Positions 25,409 through 36,761 of a stretch of DNA of 64,000 bases are shown here, in pieces (the first letter of the stretch is position 1; each line of letters starts with the position of its first letter). The position numbers and the translations under genes are program-made. Source of the DNA: Azolla caroliniana (Eukaryota > Plantae > Polypodiophyta). The notes beneath the pieces are model-generated. The model had not been told where the DNA came from. It made no database searches and was given only the letters and a program-made list of their open reading frames with translations. Where the stretch lies: contig JBHGNT010000016.1 of NCBI GenBank assembly GCA_043228905.1, positions 1,922,001 through 1,986,000 of the forward strand, read 5' to 3'.

Positions 25409-27143
25409 GCCTTCGCAGTTCCAAACTGAACTATGACAACATATCAAAATGTAACTGGGCAAGCATGTGACAGATTTTCAAATGATTCCCAATGTTGTAA
25501 ATTTGTGTATTGTTGATTAATAGAATTCTACATATGTAAATGGCAAAAACAAGTGTAGTCTCCCATGGCCTAGATCCAAGGACCTCTTTGAGAACTTTGA
25601 ATTTTAATTTTTTATATTGACTTGGGTAAATTTCATGTTTTTCACCTGCTTCTATGTCAGCAGCTATGCAATTACATCAGGCGAAAATTTATCCCTTCAC
25701 AATAATGAAGGATCCTGTAACCAAAGTCTTCTTTCCATCTTCTTAGAGCTTACTGACTTTTCCAAATTGGTTATCAGACACTTATTACTTTGATACATAT
25801 CTCTCTTGATCCTTCCATGTTCCCTTCGATTTTCTCTTCCTAAATAAGGACAACTTTACTCAATATATTCCATCTCAAAGAAACACATTTGGGACCACTT
25901 GAAATCATATTTACCCTTTGAAAATTCATTATCTCAACATTATAAGAGTAATGCTAATAAGATCAATTACACCAAATAAGGTTCCAATAGTTCTCCGAAC
26001 AGTAATGGCCAGACTATTGTCATGGGAAGTCTATGAATAAGTAAGAGAGAAGTCTAAAATAACTTTCAGGTTTAGCTTGCCCTTCATGTACTTGTTATGC
26101 ACGACCTCTCATACCATTTCCAGCACTTCTATAGGAGTTTCCATTGGGCATTCAAATAATAAAGAAAAAATAGCCTTCATTGGTCACACGGTAATACATT
26201 TGAGGGCCTTCTTGTACATATTCTTATTCCGTGAAGCAAGAGACTGCAGAGACAAATTTTAAAATGCAAAGAGCCATCATCATCCTCTCATAATGAAGAT
26301 CATACCCAGTAGAATTTCCACCACTTGCTATATACATCTAGTGTAGTGCTGGTCTAGGAGAAGATCAAACAAATGCATCTCTCCGTTACACTGTCTCAAA
26401 TACCGTATGAACAACAAACACCTCTCACATAATCCCTTCCAATCAGAACATGTTTCTTAGATTGACCCACAGATTAAAGCATAATGATGCATTATGTGTC
26501 AAACAGGTAGGCAGTTAAAAGAAAAACAAAAGAATTCATCCACAATAGAGGAAACAAAGCTGTGTTGAAATAAAAATATAGAGAGGAGGAGGACGATGAA
26601 TGTACACAGTTCATTCAAAGTTTTACAAATAAAAAAAAATAAAAAAAAATAAAAAAATAAAAATAAAAAAAAAACCAAAATCAAACCATATCTCAAATAC
26701 ATGCAAAACGAAATATATGCCCAAAAGAAAAAACAAGAGGATGAAGATATATTACCACAAAGGGAGCGCTATTTCAATGGAGAGAGGAAGCCATGGCTCA
26801 GAGACACAGAGAGTAATAGGAGCAAACAAAATATCAGAGATAACTCATATAATCGATCTGCCCTTCTTTTTGTGTCCAACTTTCAAGATCTAAGTCAAAT
26901 TCTATTTCTTTTTCTCTTTCTCTTTCTTTTTCTCGACTTTTACCTTTTTCTTGAAGGAATAGTAGAGAGTATTCCTTTTGGTATCGATCCTCTCATGTGT
27001 GTGATCTTCTGTGTTCAATAGTTTTTCCAATGTTGGCTTTACTAGACTTTTACCCACGAAATTTTATAGGGATGCTTTTTTTCTTTTGCATTTATTGATG
27101 AATTGAGATAAGGGGCAGGACTTTAGGAGAGAGCACCTTGACC

Positions 27144-27150
27144 TTATATA
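27144..27150 (-). promoter_or_regulatory. Candidate TATA box for the Sec14-like gene (implies a long 5'-UTR intron)
   Basis: TATATAA on the minus strand, followed by CT/GA-rich leader-like sequence at about 26750-27130. Confidence 0.3.
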
Positions 27151-27799
27151 ACTTTCATGGAGAGGGTTTTTTTTTTATAACTATCTGTGCGAACCGAAAC
27201 CAAAAAAGCCTGCATTTTTGGAAGCCCGCCACTCTTAGAGAGTAAATGATCGTAACGATGGATAGGAGATATATTATTGGCATAGATATTTCTCTTAAGA
27301 CTGCCCTTGCGAACCGCGGTATATTCTGAAAATTGTAACCTATGGACCCACCCGCCCCCCCATTAAAAAACCATGATATTTTCCCTAGTGCAATTGCAAC
27401 CATTCCTTTGCTACATAGATAAAAGCATACAAACTAAGGAAGCTACGCCGAAATTTCCATCTTCTCATAGATTCTAGAAATTGTAAATCAACATTCCCCT
27501 CGACACTTTGAGCTCTTATATATATCTCCAAGACGTTTGAATGCTTTCGTGGAGTCTACAAACAAGCAATATACTACTACCCTTTTACCTTCAAAATGAT
27601 GTTTCGATAGATTTTAGTAAGGTTCTTAGAGAATTAAACATGTTATACGGGACAAAAGGTGAAGCTTTTTATTTATTTAAAGAAAACATATCCTTCCATT
27701 AGTTTTAAAAAGCATATCAGCTACAAAATACAAAAATGATTGAAAGGAAGTGATTATCCTTCCCCAACCCGCCTTGTGTAAGACAATAACTAGCCATGA

Positions 27800-28330
27800 A
27801 TTCTTCGTTTGATAGACTTGATTGAGCCCTTCCTCAATAGTTGAAACATACCATGAATTTGCATATGTTCAAACCAAATCAATCTTCCTCATCATGTTCA
27901 TATTCAACATATCCAGATACCACCTTTGGGTCATCACATGCATCCAATATACCACCACATTTACAATGACCAAGCATCTTCTATTTTCCATATTCAATGT
28001 AAAACTCAAGCAAAGCATTATGGTATAGAGGTCATTTTGTATGCCTCGATCCATGATTCTAGCATGTATGAACATGCCTTCATGTAAAGCCATGTGATCA
28101 ATACCCACCTTAAGGGATCTTAGCCCATCAAACAGTTTATATGCATCTGATAAACTTCCACATGTTGCATACAAATCAACAATGCTTCTAATGAGCATAT
28201 TCAAGTCGATACCTAGCTGAGTGATGGCAATATGGATTTCCTTTCCATTCTTTTAACTCAGATGTGTTCGAACATGAAAATCACATCTTGAATGCAAGAT
28301 TTGAAGAACAATGACGCCATCCATCACATA
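27800..28330 (-). pseudogene. Degenerate PLS-class PPR fragment
   Basis: IVDLYATCGSLSDAYKLFDGL and ALHEGMFIHARIMDRGIQND, with frameshifts. Confidence 0.65.
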
Positions 28331-28390
28331 AGAAGAAATAGACTTCTTCCGAATGCATACATAAGAGCATCCCCCCCCCCCACCTATTTT

Positions 28391-28567
28391 TGTTGAGAAT
28401 CGAACTCAACTTCCCATAGAAATAGGTTTATAGTAGAAAGGGCCCTTGCACTAGTTTAGTTGGTATTTAAACCAACCTCTTGTAACTTTGTTATTGTTGG
28501 AAGTAATATATAGTTTTCTCATCTTAAGACTCTCTCTCTCTCTCTCTCTCTATTTCTCATAAGCGCT

Positions 28568-28605
<38 letters not shown>

Positions 28606-28641
28606 CCTACCATTGCATACAATCACTCTCCTTCCTTTACA
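28391..28641 (+). repeat. 5' LTR of Copia element 1 (contains (CT)n and (CA)n)
   Basis: Matches 32949-33098 and 36837-36899. Confidence 0.9.
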
Positions 28642-31600
28642 TGGTATCAGAGTGTGTGGTTTTCTGATCAAGACTAATCGATTGTGGTGTTCTACATACT
28701 GATGATCAACAAAATCGATCCAAGAAACAAAGAAGAAATCATCATGAATACTCAGATGGGAAGCATTCTTCCTACAAAGAAGCTCGACAGGACAAATTTC
28801 ACATCTTGGGAGTACAAGATGCATCAGTACCTTGTCGGACAAGGATATTGGAGCTATATTGAAGGAGCTCACGAAACGCAACCCAACCCAACACATGCCG
28901 ACTATCCCGTTTGGGAGCAGGCCGCAAGCCATGTGTTGTATTGTCGTGCATCATGTGTACATGATCACATGCTCGACTATATTCAAGAGGCGAAAACGCG
29001 GAAAGAAGCTTGAGGAAATCTCAAGAAGATCTTTGCGGCCAATACGGCTGCCAGTAAGCTTCACCTTCGTCCGGAGTTGAACAATATTCATCAATGGGAC
29101 ATGACAATTGATAGCTATACCTTGAAGATCAAGGAGCTATGTGACGCCCTCGGATCGATCAATGTCATCATCAGTGATGACGAGATGGTGCAAATATGCC
29201 TCGGCGGCGTAGCACCTTGATTTGGCTTGATTAGATCGACCATCCTTGCAAGGGAGAACCCTCCTTCATTTTTCGATCTCCAATCAATATTGTTGGTTGA
29301 GGAAAATCACGCCCAACAAAGGAGCAATGCACCAGAGGGTCATATGCTCTACTCCTAGTCGGATGATAGAAGAAATTTCGGCCGTGGAAATAGAGGTCGA
29401 TTCGGACAAGGCCGTCACGGTCGGCAGACCCAAGAGCGTAACTCCCACCAATGGCAAGAGGATAGGAACAATCCCAGAGAGTTCGGCAGAAGGGGGAGTC
29501 ATCACGCCGGACCAAACAATCGCAATAACCCAATTGAATGCGGATATTGCGGAAAACTCGGACACTACGAAGAGGAGTGCTGAAAGAAGAAGCGAGACTC
29601 ATGAATTATGCATCGAATTCCGATTACAACAATCGTAGCGGAATGTTCACGAATTACGCGTCAAATTCTGAGGACGACGATCGTAGAGGAATGTGATGAG
29701 GCACAAAGCACACTCAATGGCGACACAAGGTGAAACACACGCCCTCAGATAATGTATGGTTCGTTGACTCGGGAGTATCCAATCATATGACATCTCATGA
29801 AGATTGGGTCTGGGAATTATGAAAGCTCGAACGGCCCGGATATGTCGAAACAGGCGATGACATGACTCATTCAATACGGCATATCAGGAACGTCCCATTC
29901 AAAAACGAAGGCAAACAAATCTACCTCAAAAATGTCTTGCATGTCCCAACCATCATGAAAAACCCGGTCTCGGTTGACCAGATTGTCGAACAAGGCATGC
30001 AAGTACGATTCAACATTGACAGATGCTTCATTTAAAAAGACGATCGAGTCGTAGCTCACGGCCGTCGAGAAGGTCAAATGTTCATCCTCAACTCGAGTGA
30101 GGTGAAGTCCGCTATGTTTGCTAATGGCATCAAAGTTGAAACTGACTTGAAACTATGGCACAAGCGAATTGGCCACATCAACCTCCAGAAGCTCCAGAAT
30201 ATGCAATCAAAAGGAGTCGTAATAGGACTCCCGAACTTTATCGCAAAGGAGATTGCAGGTGTATGCGAAGCGTGCTAGTTCGGAAAGCAAAGCCGACATC
30301 CATTCCCAAAGGAGCAGAATGTGAGCAAAGGGATCCTAGATGTTGTACATTCACATGTGTGGGGACCATCCCAGACGACAACATTCAGAGGTTGCCGATA
30401 TTATGTCACATTCATCGACGACTTCTCCAGGCATACCTGGATCTACCCGATGAAGCAGAAGAGTGAAGTGTTCAATCACTTCCAAAGGTTCAAAACCGAA
30501 GTTGAGAAAACCACGGGTCGTCATGTACAATGCCTTTGATCAGATGGAGGCAAGGAATATTTTTTGGATGAGTTTACGGTGTATCTCCGAAAGGAAGGAA
30601 TCCGATGAGAATTCTCATGTTGTCACACACCTCGCAAAATGGCGTAGGCGAGGGAAAGAACTGGCACATGGTAGAGGTTGCACGGGCGATGATGAATGAG
30701 AAAAACCTGTCGAAATCGTCCTGGGCATAAGCGGCAAACACGGACGTATACCTCATGAATAGGTGCACAACCTCAGGAGTACACGACGAACCCCCCATGA
30801 GAAGTTTTTTGGAAAGAAGCCGAACTTTTCACATGTCCGTATTTTCAGCTCAATCGCATACGTGCACATCCCCGACGAGAAGCGACAAAAGCTTGACTCA
30901 AAGTCAGAGAAATGTATCCTCGTAGGATGCTCACTAGAGCAAAAGGGGTACAAGTGTTATAACCCCTCAACTCGAAAATCTTGAGTAAGTTGAGATGTCG
31001 TTTTCAACGAGTCTGCATCCTTGTACGCACCAGAGACGACTTCGACTTTGATTCCGCTCGACCCGGAATTCGCCGAAATAGAGATAGAAGCCGAAGATTG
31101 GCTCACGTGCATGTACGAAGAAAGCCCGATTACGACAAGGCTTAGTGGGCCACAAGAGCCTCCGAGCGTCAATACGGGAGCGCCAATCCCTTACGACTTC
31201 AGCTACAACGATTATATGGCGTACCATTACGCCTTTATGATGAAGGTAGTGTTAATACGGGAGCCGGAAACCCTTCTCGAAGCCGTAAGGGATCTGCGAT
31301 GGGTCAAGGCGATGAATGAAGAAATGCAAGCCCTATGCAAAAACGAGACATGGGATCTCGTTCCTCACACTCCGCACAAGAAAGCGATTGGTTGTCGATG
31401 GATTTACAAAGTGAAACACAATGTTGATGGCTCCATAAATCACTTCAAAGCACGACTCGTTGCTAAAGGATACGCACAAACGCACAGAGTTGACTACGAA
31501 GAGACCTTTGCCCCGGTGACAAAGATGACAATTGTGCGGACCGTGATTGCAATCGCAACAGCAAAAGGGTGGCACCTCCACCAGATGGACGTCAAGAACG

Positions 31601-33101
31601 CCTTTCTTCAAGGCGAATTAGAAGAGGTGTACATGATCCAACCACCCGGTTTTGAATCGCGCAATCATCCGAACGTCATGTGCCGACTCAAGAAACCACT
31701 CTATGGCCTCAAACAAGCACCGTGTGCGTGGCATTTGAAGATCACGCAATATCTTCATCAAATCGGATTTCAAATGTCAAAGTCGGATGATTCTCTGTAC
31801 ATCCGAAACGAGTCAGATAGCCCGATTGTCATCATCCTATACGTGGATGATTTGGTCATCGGAGGAAAGGATATTGCTGAGATTAACAAGGTCAAAACAC
31901 TTCTCTCTGGCAGATTCGAAATGAAAGGTTGCACGGGCTCCATTACTTCTTAGGCATCGAAGTAATTCGAACACCAGTCGGGATAATGATCTCACAACGA
32001 CACTACGTCCTCAACTTACTCAAGTTCGGGATGACGGAGTGCAAACCTGTGTCCACCCCACTTGATCGTAATCTCAAGCTTGATGTTGATTCTGGCACAA
32101 CCGAGTGTGAGCCAACTCAGTATCGTCAATTGATCGACAACCTCATCTACCTAACCATTACGCAACCCGACCTCAGCTATTCGGTCAGCCTACTTACTAC
32201 TTAGCCAATTCATGCAGAATCCGCGAAACCTTCATCTTGATTGCGCTAAGAGGGTACTTCGGTATGCTAGTGGTACGATGGATTATGACATCAGATACAG
32301 GTCAAATATGATAATTTGACTTGAAGGGTACACAAACACGTACTGGGCAGGTTATAAAGCGGATAGATGGTCAACATTAGGATTTATCTTCTCTCTCGGC
32401 AGCAGAGCAATCTCATGGAGTAGCAAGAAGCAATCGACAGTCACACTGTCGAGCACGGAGGCCGGAACACAGGGACGCGGCGGTTGCCGTGTGCGAAGCC
32501 TTATGGCTCAAGCATATATTGAAGGATCTGGGCGTACCCATCAAGGATCCGATTCATCTATACTGCGACAACATGGGCAGTATCTACCTAGCACGGAACC
32601 CCGTATTCCACCCATGGACTAAGCATTTCGAAGTGCACTACCACTTCATCTCCAAACACAAGCAAGCCGGAGATATAGACTTACATCACATAATCACGAA
32701 TCTATAGGTAGCCGACATTTTCACAAAAGCCTTGGGTATCGACAAGTTCCGGCAGTTCGCGGCGAACCTTGGCCTATCTATTCCCGACCAGCTGAGCTTG
32801 AGGGGGAGTACAGAATAGTGAACCGATCAATTGATCGAAGCTGAACAATGAGTACGCAACCGAAAAACCGAACAATCGAAGTTTGATGCATTCCAAAGAT
32901 CGATCTGAAACAATTTTTCGATATCCCGAAGTTGTGTTTGAAGGGATGTGTTGAGAATCAAACTCAACTTCCCATAGAAATAGGTTTATATTAGAAAGGG
33001 CCCTTGCTCTAGTTTAGTTGGTATTTAACAACCTCTTGTAACTTTGCTCTTGGAAGTAATATATAGTTTTCTCATCTTAAGACTCTCTCTCTCTCTCTAG
33101 C

Positions 33102-33380
33102 ATGCATTATGGGATGTCAGATGTGAATGTATATGGGGCACACCGAGTTGGGAAACATGGTGTTAGTCGCTCCGGAGAAAGGCCTATTGTATGCACAATG
33201 ACAGATGATACAAAGCGGCGGATCATACTCGAAAATAGTTGGGTGAACCTCAAAGGTACACAATGCTTTGTGAGTGAAGATCGTACTATCTCACAACAAA
33301 ATGCTCGTCGTAAAGCATATGAAGAAAGATTGAAAAACAAGGTTAAGGATGTGCCTAAAGATGGAAATGTAGGCAAATAG
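33102..33380 (+). CDS. LINE ORF1 C-terminal fragment
   Basis: AHRVGK...RPIVCTM....KRRIIL...LKGTQCFVSEDRTISQQNARR resembles the C-terminal part of LINE ORF1 proteins. Truncated at the 5' insertion junction. Confidence 0.65.
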   Translation: MHYGMSDVNVYGAHRVGKHGVSRSGERPIVCTMTDDTKRRIILENSWVNLKGTQCFVSEDRTISQQNARRKAYEERLKNKVKDVPKDGNVGK

Positions 33381-33386
33381 GGACAC

Positions 33387-36300
33387 GTGATCTATGAGAC
33401 TAACCCACGCCTTTTACGACTATGCTTTTGGAATTGCAATGGATACCCATGGAATGCGGGATTTGGCATAGAGGAGTTCACCGATGACTCGGATATCACA
33501 CTTCTTGTTGAGACATGGGAGCATGATACTCAAAGGATTCAAGGTTTAGGAAACTATAATGTACACTCTTTGATATGGAAGAAAAATCCAAGACAAAGAA
33601 GAGGACAAGGAGGGGTGGCATGTTTGATTAAGAAGGAAATAGAGAAATATGTGTCAATCATAAAAAATGATGAAAATAAATGCTACATATGGCTCAAAAT
33701 AGAAACACCTAATGATTTGCCCACTTTTGTAGTTGGATGTTACATCCCTCATCAAGATTCTAACTTTTATGCTTGTTTGGATAAAGATCAACCGTTTGCC
33801 AATCTAGAAGATGACATTGCTTATTTCAAATCCAAAGGGGAAGTTATTGTCTTTGGTGACATGAATGCTCGTACAAGAAGTTTCCAACTTGATTCACAAG
33901 AATCTTTCATGCCACATATCTCAAGGATGCAAGAGGATATGCAAATGTATAACCGCTCTTCTAGCGATGAAAAAGATCCGGACCAATTTGGGAAGTTACT
34001 CCTACAAATGTGCAATAGTACCGGATTGCTTATTGCAAATGGTATTTCCTTATGGCCCAACACTAATGGTTTTACATGTAGAAAACACAATGGAAATAGT
34101 GTGATTGACTATGTGCTACTTTCCGAATGTATTTTGGATCGTATACATAAATTCTCACTTGGTGAATGGACACCGGAATCCGATCATAGGCCTTTATGTA
34201 TCGATCTCAAATGTATGCATAGGTTTGATTGTGAGAAGGCTATTGAAGATAATAAACAACCGCACTTGAGCATGAACCTTAAGCGAGCACCCATGTATTC
34301 CAAGATGGTTGAGGATATGTTACAAATGACAAAGATACAACATGGTGCCACACTAGAATGCAAATGGGAAGCTTTCAAGAAAGTCATTCTCTCATGTACA
34401 AACAAATGTTTTTCGACCAATCGCACATCTTGGAAATGCACCAAGAAACTTAGGAAAAAATGGTTTGATAAAGAATGTCATGAAGCTCGAAAGTGCCTTA
34501 TGGTTTTGGATGTAGTTAAGGATAAAGAGAATTACCAAAAGCATTTGCATGAGTATAAAAGGCTTATTCAAAGAAAGAGAAGAATATGGGAAGTTACTCA
34601 ACAACTTATCCAAACGCAAGAGAAAGCACATGCATGTGCTAAATTTTGGGGAAATCTAAAGGGAAAACGTGTTGAGAGTTATGGTGACTTAACTCTTCAC
34701 GACTTGTCTATGCATTGTAAGAATTTATATGAGTTATCTCTTGCCGGAAAGATGATGTGTTATGGTTCTCTTTCACATATGCCTCCCTTCTTTACAATTG
34801 AAGATATATGCATAGGACTTAAGAAATTGGCCTCTCGAAAGGCAAGCGATCTTCAATGTATAAAGGCTGAAATGCTCAAATGGACGGGAAAGGAAGCACA
34901 TATATGGATAAGCGATATGTTTAATGATGCATTGCAACATGGTATGCCATACGATTGGACTACAAATTGGATCAAACCTTTACATAAAGGTGGAGATATA
35001 AATAATGTAAACAACTATCGAACCATCATGGTTGGCTCATTAATGGCAAAACTATTTGGATGTATAATGGAATCAAAGATAAGTGTATGGGCTGAAAAAA
35101 GTGGTAAGAGAGCTTATGGACAAGCTGGCTTTCGGAAACACCATAGCACCATTGATCACCTTATCACCCTTCGAGTATTAACGGAGGAAAGTCGCCTTAG
35201 AGGTAAAGGTTTATATTGTTGCTTTGTAGACTTCAAGAAAGCTTTTGATATGGTACCTCGTGAGCATCTTTGGAGGCGAATGGAAGAACTTGAGGTGCCA
35301 AGTGAATATATGCTTGCAATTTCCCGAATTTATGAGAAGGTTATATGTTGTGTGCGCATGAGAGATAAACTTTCAGATTTTTTCAAAAGCACTATTGGTG
35401 TTAAGCAAGGATGCCCACTCTCACCAACACTATTTGGTCTATGCATTGATGAATTGGAAGAAATGGTTACCAAGTTTGCAAAGGAAGAATGTGTTGAAGA
35501 AGTTGCCATTGGGAATGTTGTGATTATGCTTTTGCTATATGCAGATGATGTAGTGCTTTTTGCAAATACTTTAGGAGATGCACAAAAGCTTATGAAGGCA
35601 TTGGAAAAATTTTGCATGCATACTAAATTAAGTGTCAATAGCTCTAAAACAAAGATTATGCTTGTGAAGAGCCAAAAAAGAGATAAACCATGCATTATGT
35701 ACAACAATGAGCCACTTGAATGTGTGGAAAGCTTCAAATATCTTGGCCTTGAAGTTCCTTCAAATCATAGATGGAATGAATGTGCTACACGCCGCTTAGA
35801 GGCGGGCAAGCGAGCATACTATGCATTTGAGAACACATGCAATCTTGGAGATATTAAGTGTTGGGTCCTCAAGAAATATCTTTTCGACACTTTGGTGACA
35901 CCGGTTCTTCTCTATGGGGTGGAAGTATGGGGCGGTAGCATCCCTAAATCTATGTGGAAAGAGTTTGAAAATGTCCAAAAGCATTTTCTTACCAAGTTTC
36001 TACAAGTTAAGAAACAAACGCCCTACACCCTCCTCCTCCTTGAGACGGGATCGCTTCCCATTGAGATCATGGCCATGGAAAGGGTTGTTGAATACATGCT
36101 TAAGGTTCAAAAAAGTCCCTCACATCGACTTCCTAGAATTGCGTGGAAAGCAAGCAAAAAGATCCAAAAGACGCATAAAAGCAAAATTTTGTGTTCCGGT
36201 TGGATGCAAGATATAGAAAAATGGTTTGGTAGATGGGATGCGAGACACTTGCTTCATGATGCATCATTAGATTCCTCTGTAAATGAGGCATTTTTGCAAC

Positions 36301-36761
36301 GCCAATGTATCATGACATGGGACAAATGTGGAGGCTCACGCTTCACACATTATACTACACATGTTGCACCTAACTACAAAACCATATTCTTCGCGGAACG
36401 GGGAAATCGTACACATCCATACATGTTAGAGCCCATACCGTTATCTTCCATTCGAACCATTGCTTCCATGCGACTTAGCTCACATGCATTGCGATGTGAA
36501 ACAGGGCGTTGGGGTACAAGTGATGAGAGTGGTCGGTTATGCGCACTTTGCCCTAAACAAGTTCGCGAGTCTGAGTATCACACTTTGATACAATGCTCTG
36601 CCTTTGATCATATTCGACCATGCTTTACACATCTCTTCGATCGAGCCCAATCTTTGCATGAATTCCTCTCACAACCACAATGTGCACTCTCGATTGCAAC
36701 ATTCATTGGTAAAGTTCTTGAACATCGAGAGTCACTACTCACTTTCACACATATCACGTGA
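33387..36761 (+). CDS. LINE ORF2: AP endonuclease, reverse transcriptase and C-terminal CCHC zinc finger
   Basis: APE motifs WNCNG, VETW, GGVA, GDMNAR, IDY and SDH. RT motifs QAGFR, FVDFKKAFDMV, GVKQGCPLSPTLF, LLYADD and FKYLG. C-terminal RLCALC...ESEYHTLIQC. No stops in 1124 codons. Confidence 0.95.
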   Translation: MIYETNPRLLRLCFWNCNGYPWNAGFGIEEFTDDSDITLLVETWEHDTQRIQGLGNYNVHSLIWKKNPRQRRGQGGVACLIKKEIEKYVSIIKNDENKCYIWLKIETPNDLPTFVVGCYIPHQDSNFYACLDKDQPFANLEDDIAYFKSKGEVIVFGDMNARTRSFQLDSQESFMPHISRMQEDMQMYNRSSSDEKDPDQFGKLLLQMCNSTGLLIANGISLWPNTNGFTCRKHNGNSVIDYVLLSECILDRIHKFSLGEWTPESDHRPLCIDLKCMHRFDCEKAIEDNKQPHLSMNLKRAPMYSKMVEDMLQMTKIQHGATLECKWEAFKKVILSCTNKCFSTNRTSWKCTKKLRKKWFDKECHEARKCLMVLDVVKDKENYQKHLHEYKRLIQRKRRIWEVTQQLIQTQEKAHACAKFWGNLKGKRVESYGDLTLHDLSMHCKNLYELSLAGKMMCYGSLSHMPPFFTIEDICIGLKKLASRKASDLQCIKAEMLKWTGKEAHIWISDMFNDALQHGMPYDWTTNWIKPLHKGGDINNVNNYRTIMVGSLMAKLFGCIMESKISVWAEKSGKRAYGQAGFRKHHSTIDHLITLRVLTEESRLRGKGLYCCFVDFKKAFDMVPREHLWRRMEELEVPSEYMLAISRIYEKVICCVRMRDKLSDFFKSTIGVKQGCPLSPTLFGLCIDELEEMVTKFAKEECVEEVAIGNVVIMLLLYADDVVLFANTLGDAQKLMKALEKFCMHTKLSVNSSKTKIMLVKSQKRDKPCIMYNNEPLECVESFKYLGLEVPSNHRWNECATRRLEAGKRAYYAFENTCNLGDIKCWVLKKYLFDTLVTPVLLYGVEVWGGSIPKSMWKEFENVQKHFLTKFLQVKKQTPYTLLLLETGSLPIEIMAMERVVEYMLKVQKSPSHRLPRIAWKASKKIQKTHKSKILCSGWMQDIEKWFGRWDARHLLHDASLDSSVNEAFLQRQCIMTWDKCGGSRFTHYTTHVAPNYKTIFFAERGNRTHPYMLEPIPLSSIRTIASMRLSSHALRCETGRWGTSDESGRLCALCPKQVRESEYHTLIQCSAFDHIRPCFTHLFDRAQSLHEFLSQPQCALSIATFIGKVLEHRESLLTFTHIT

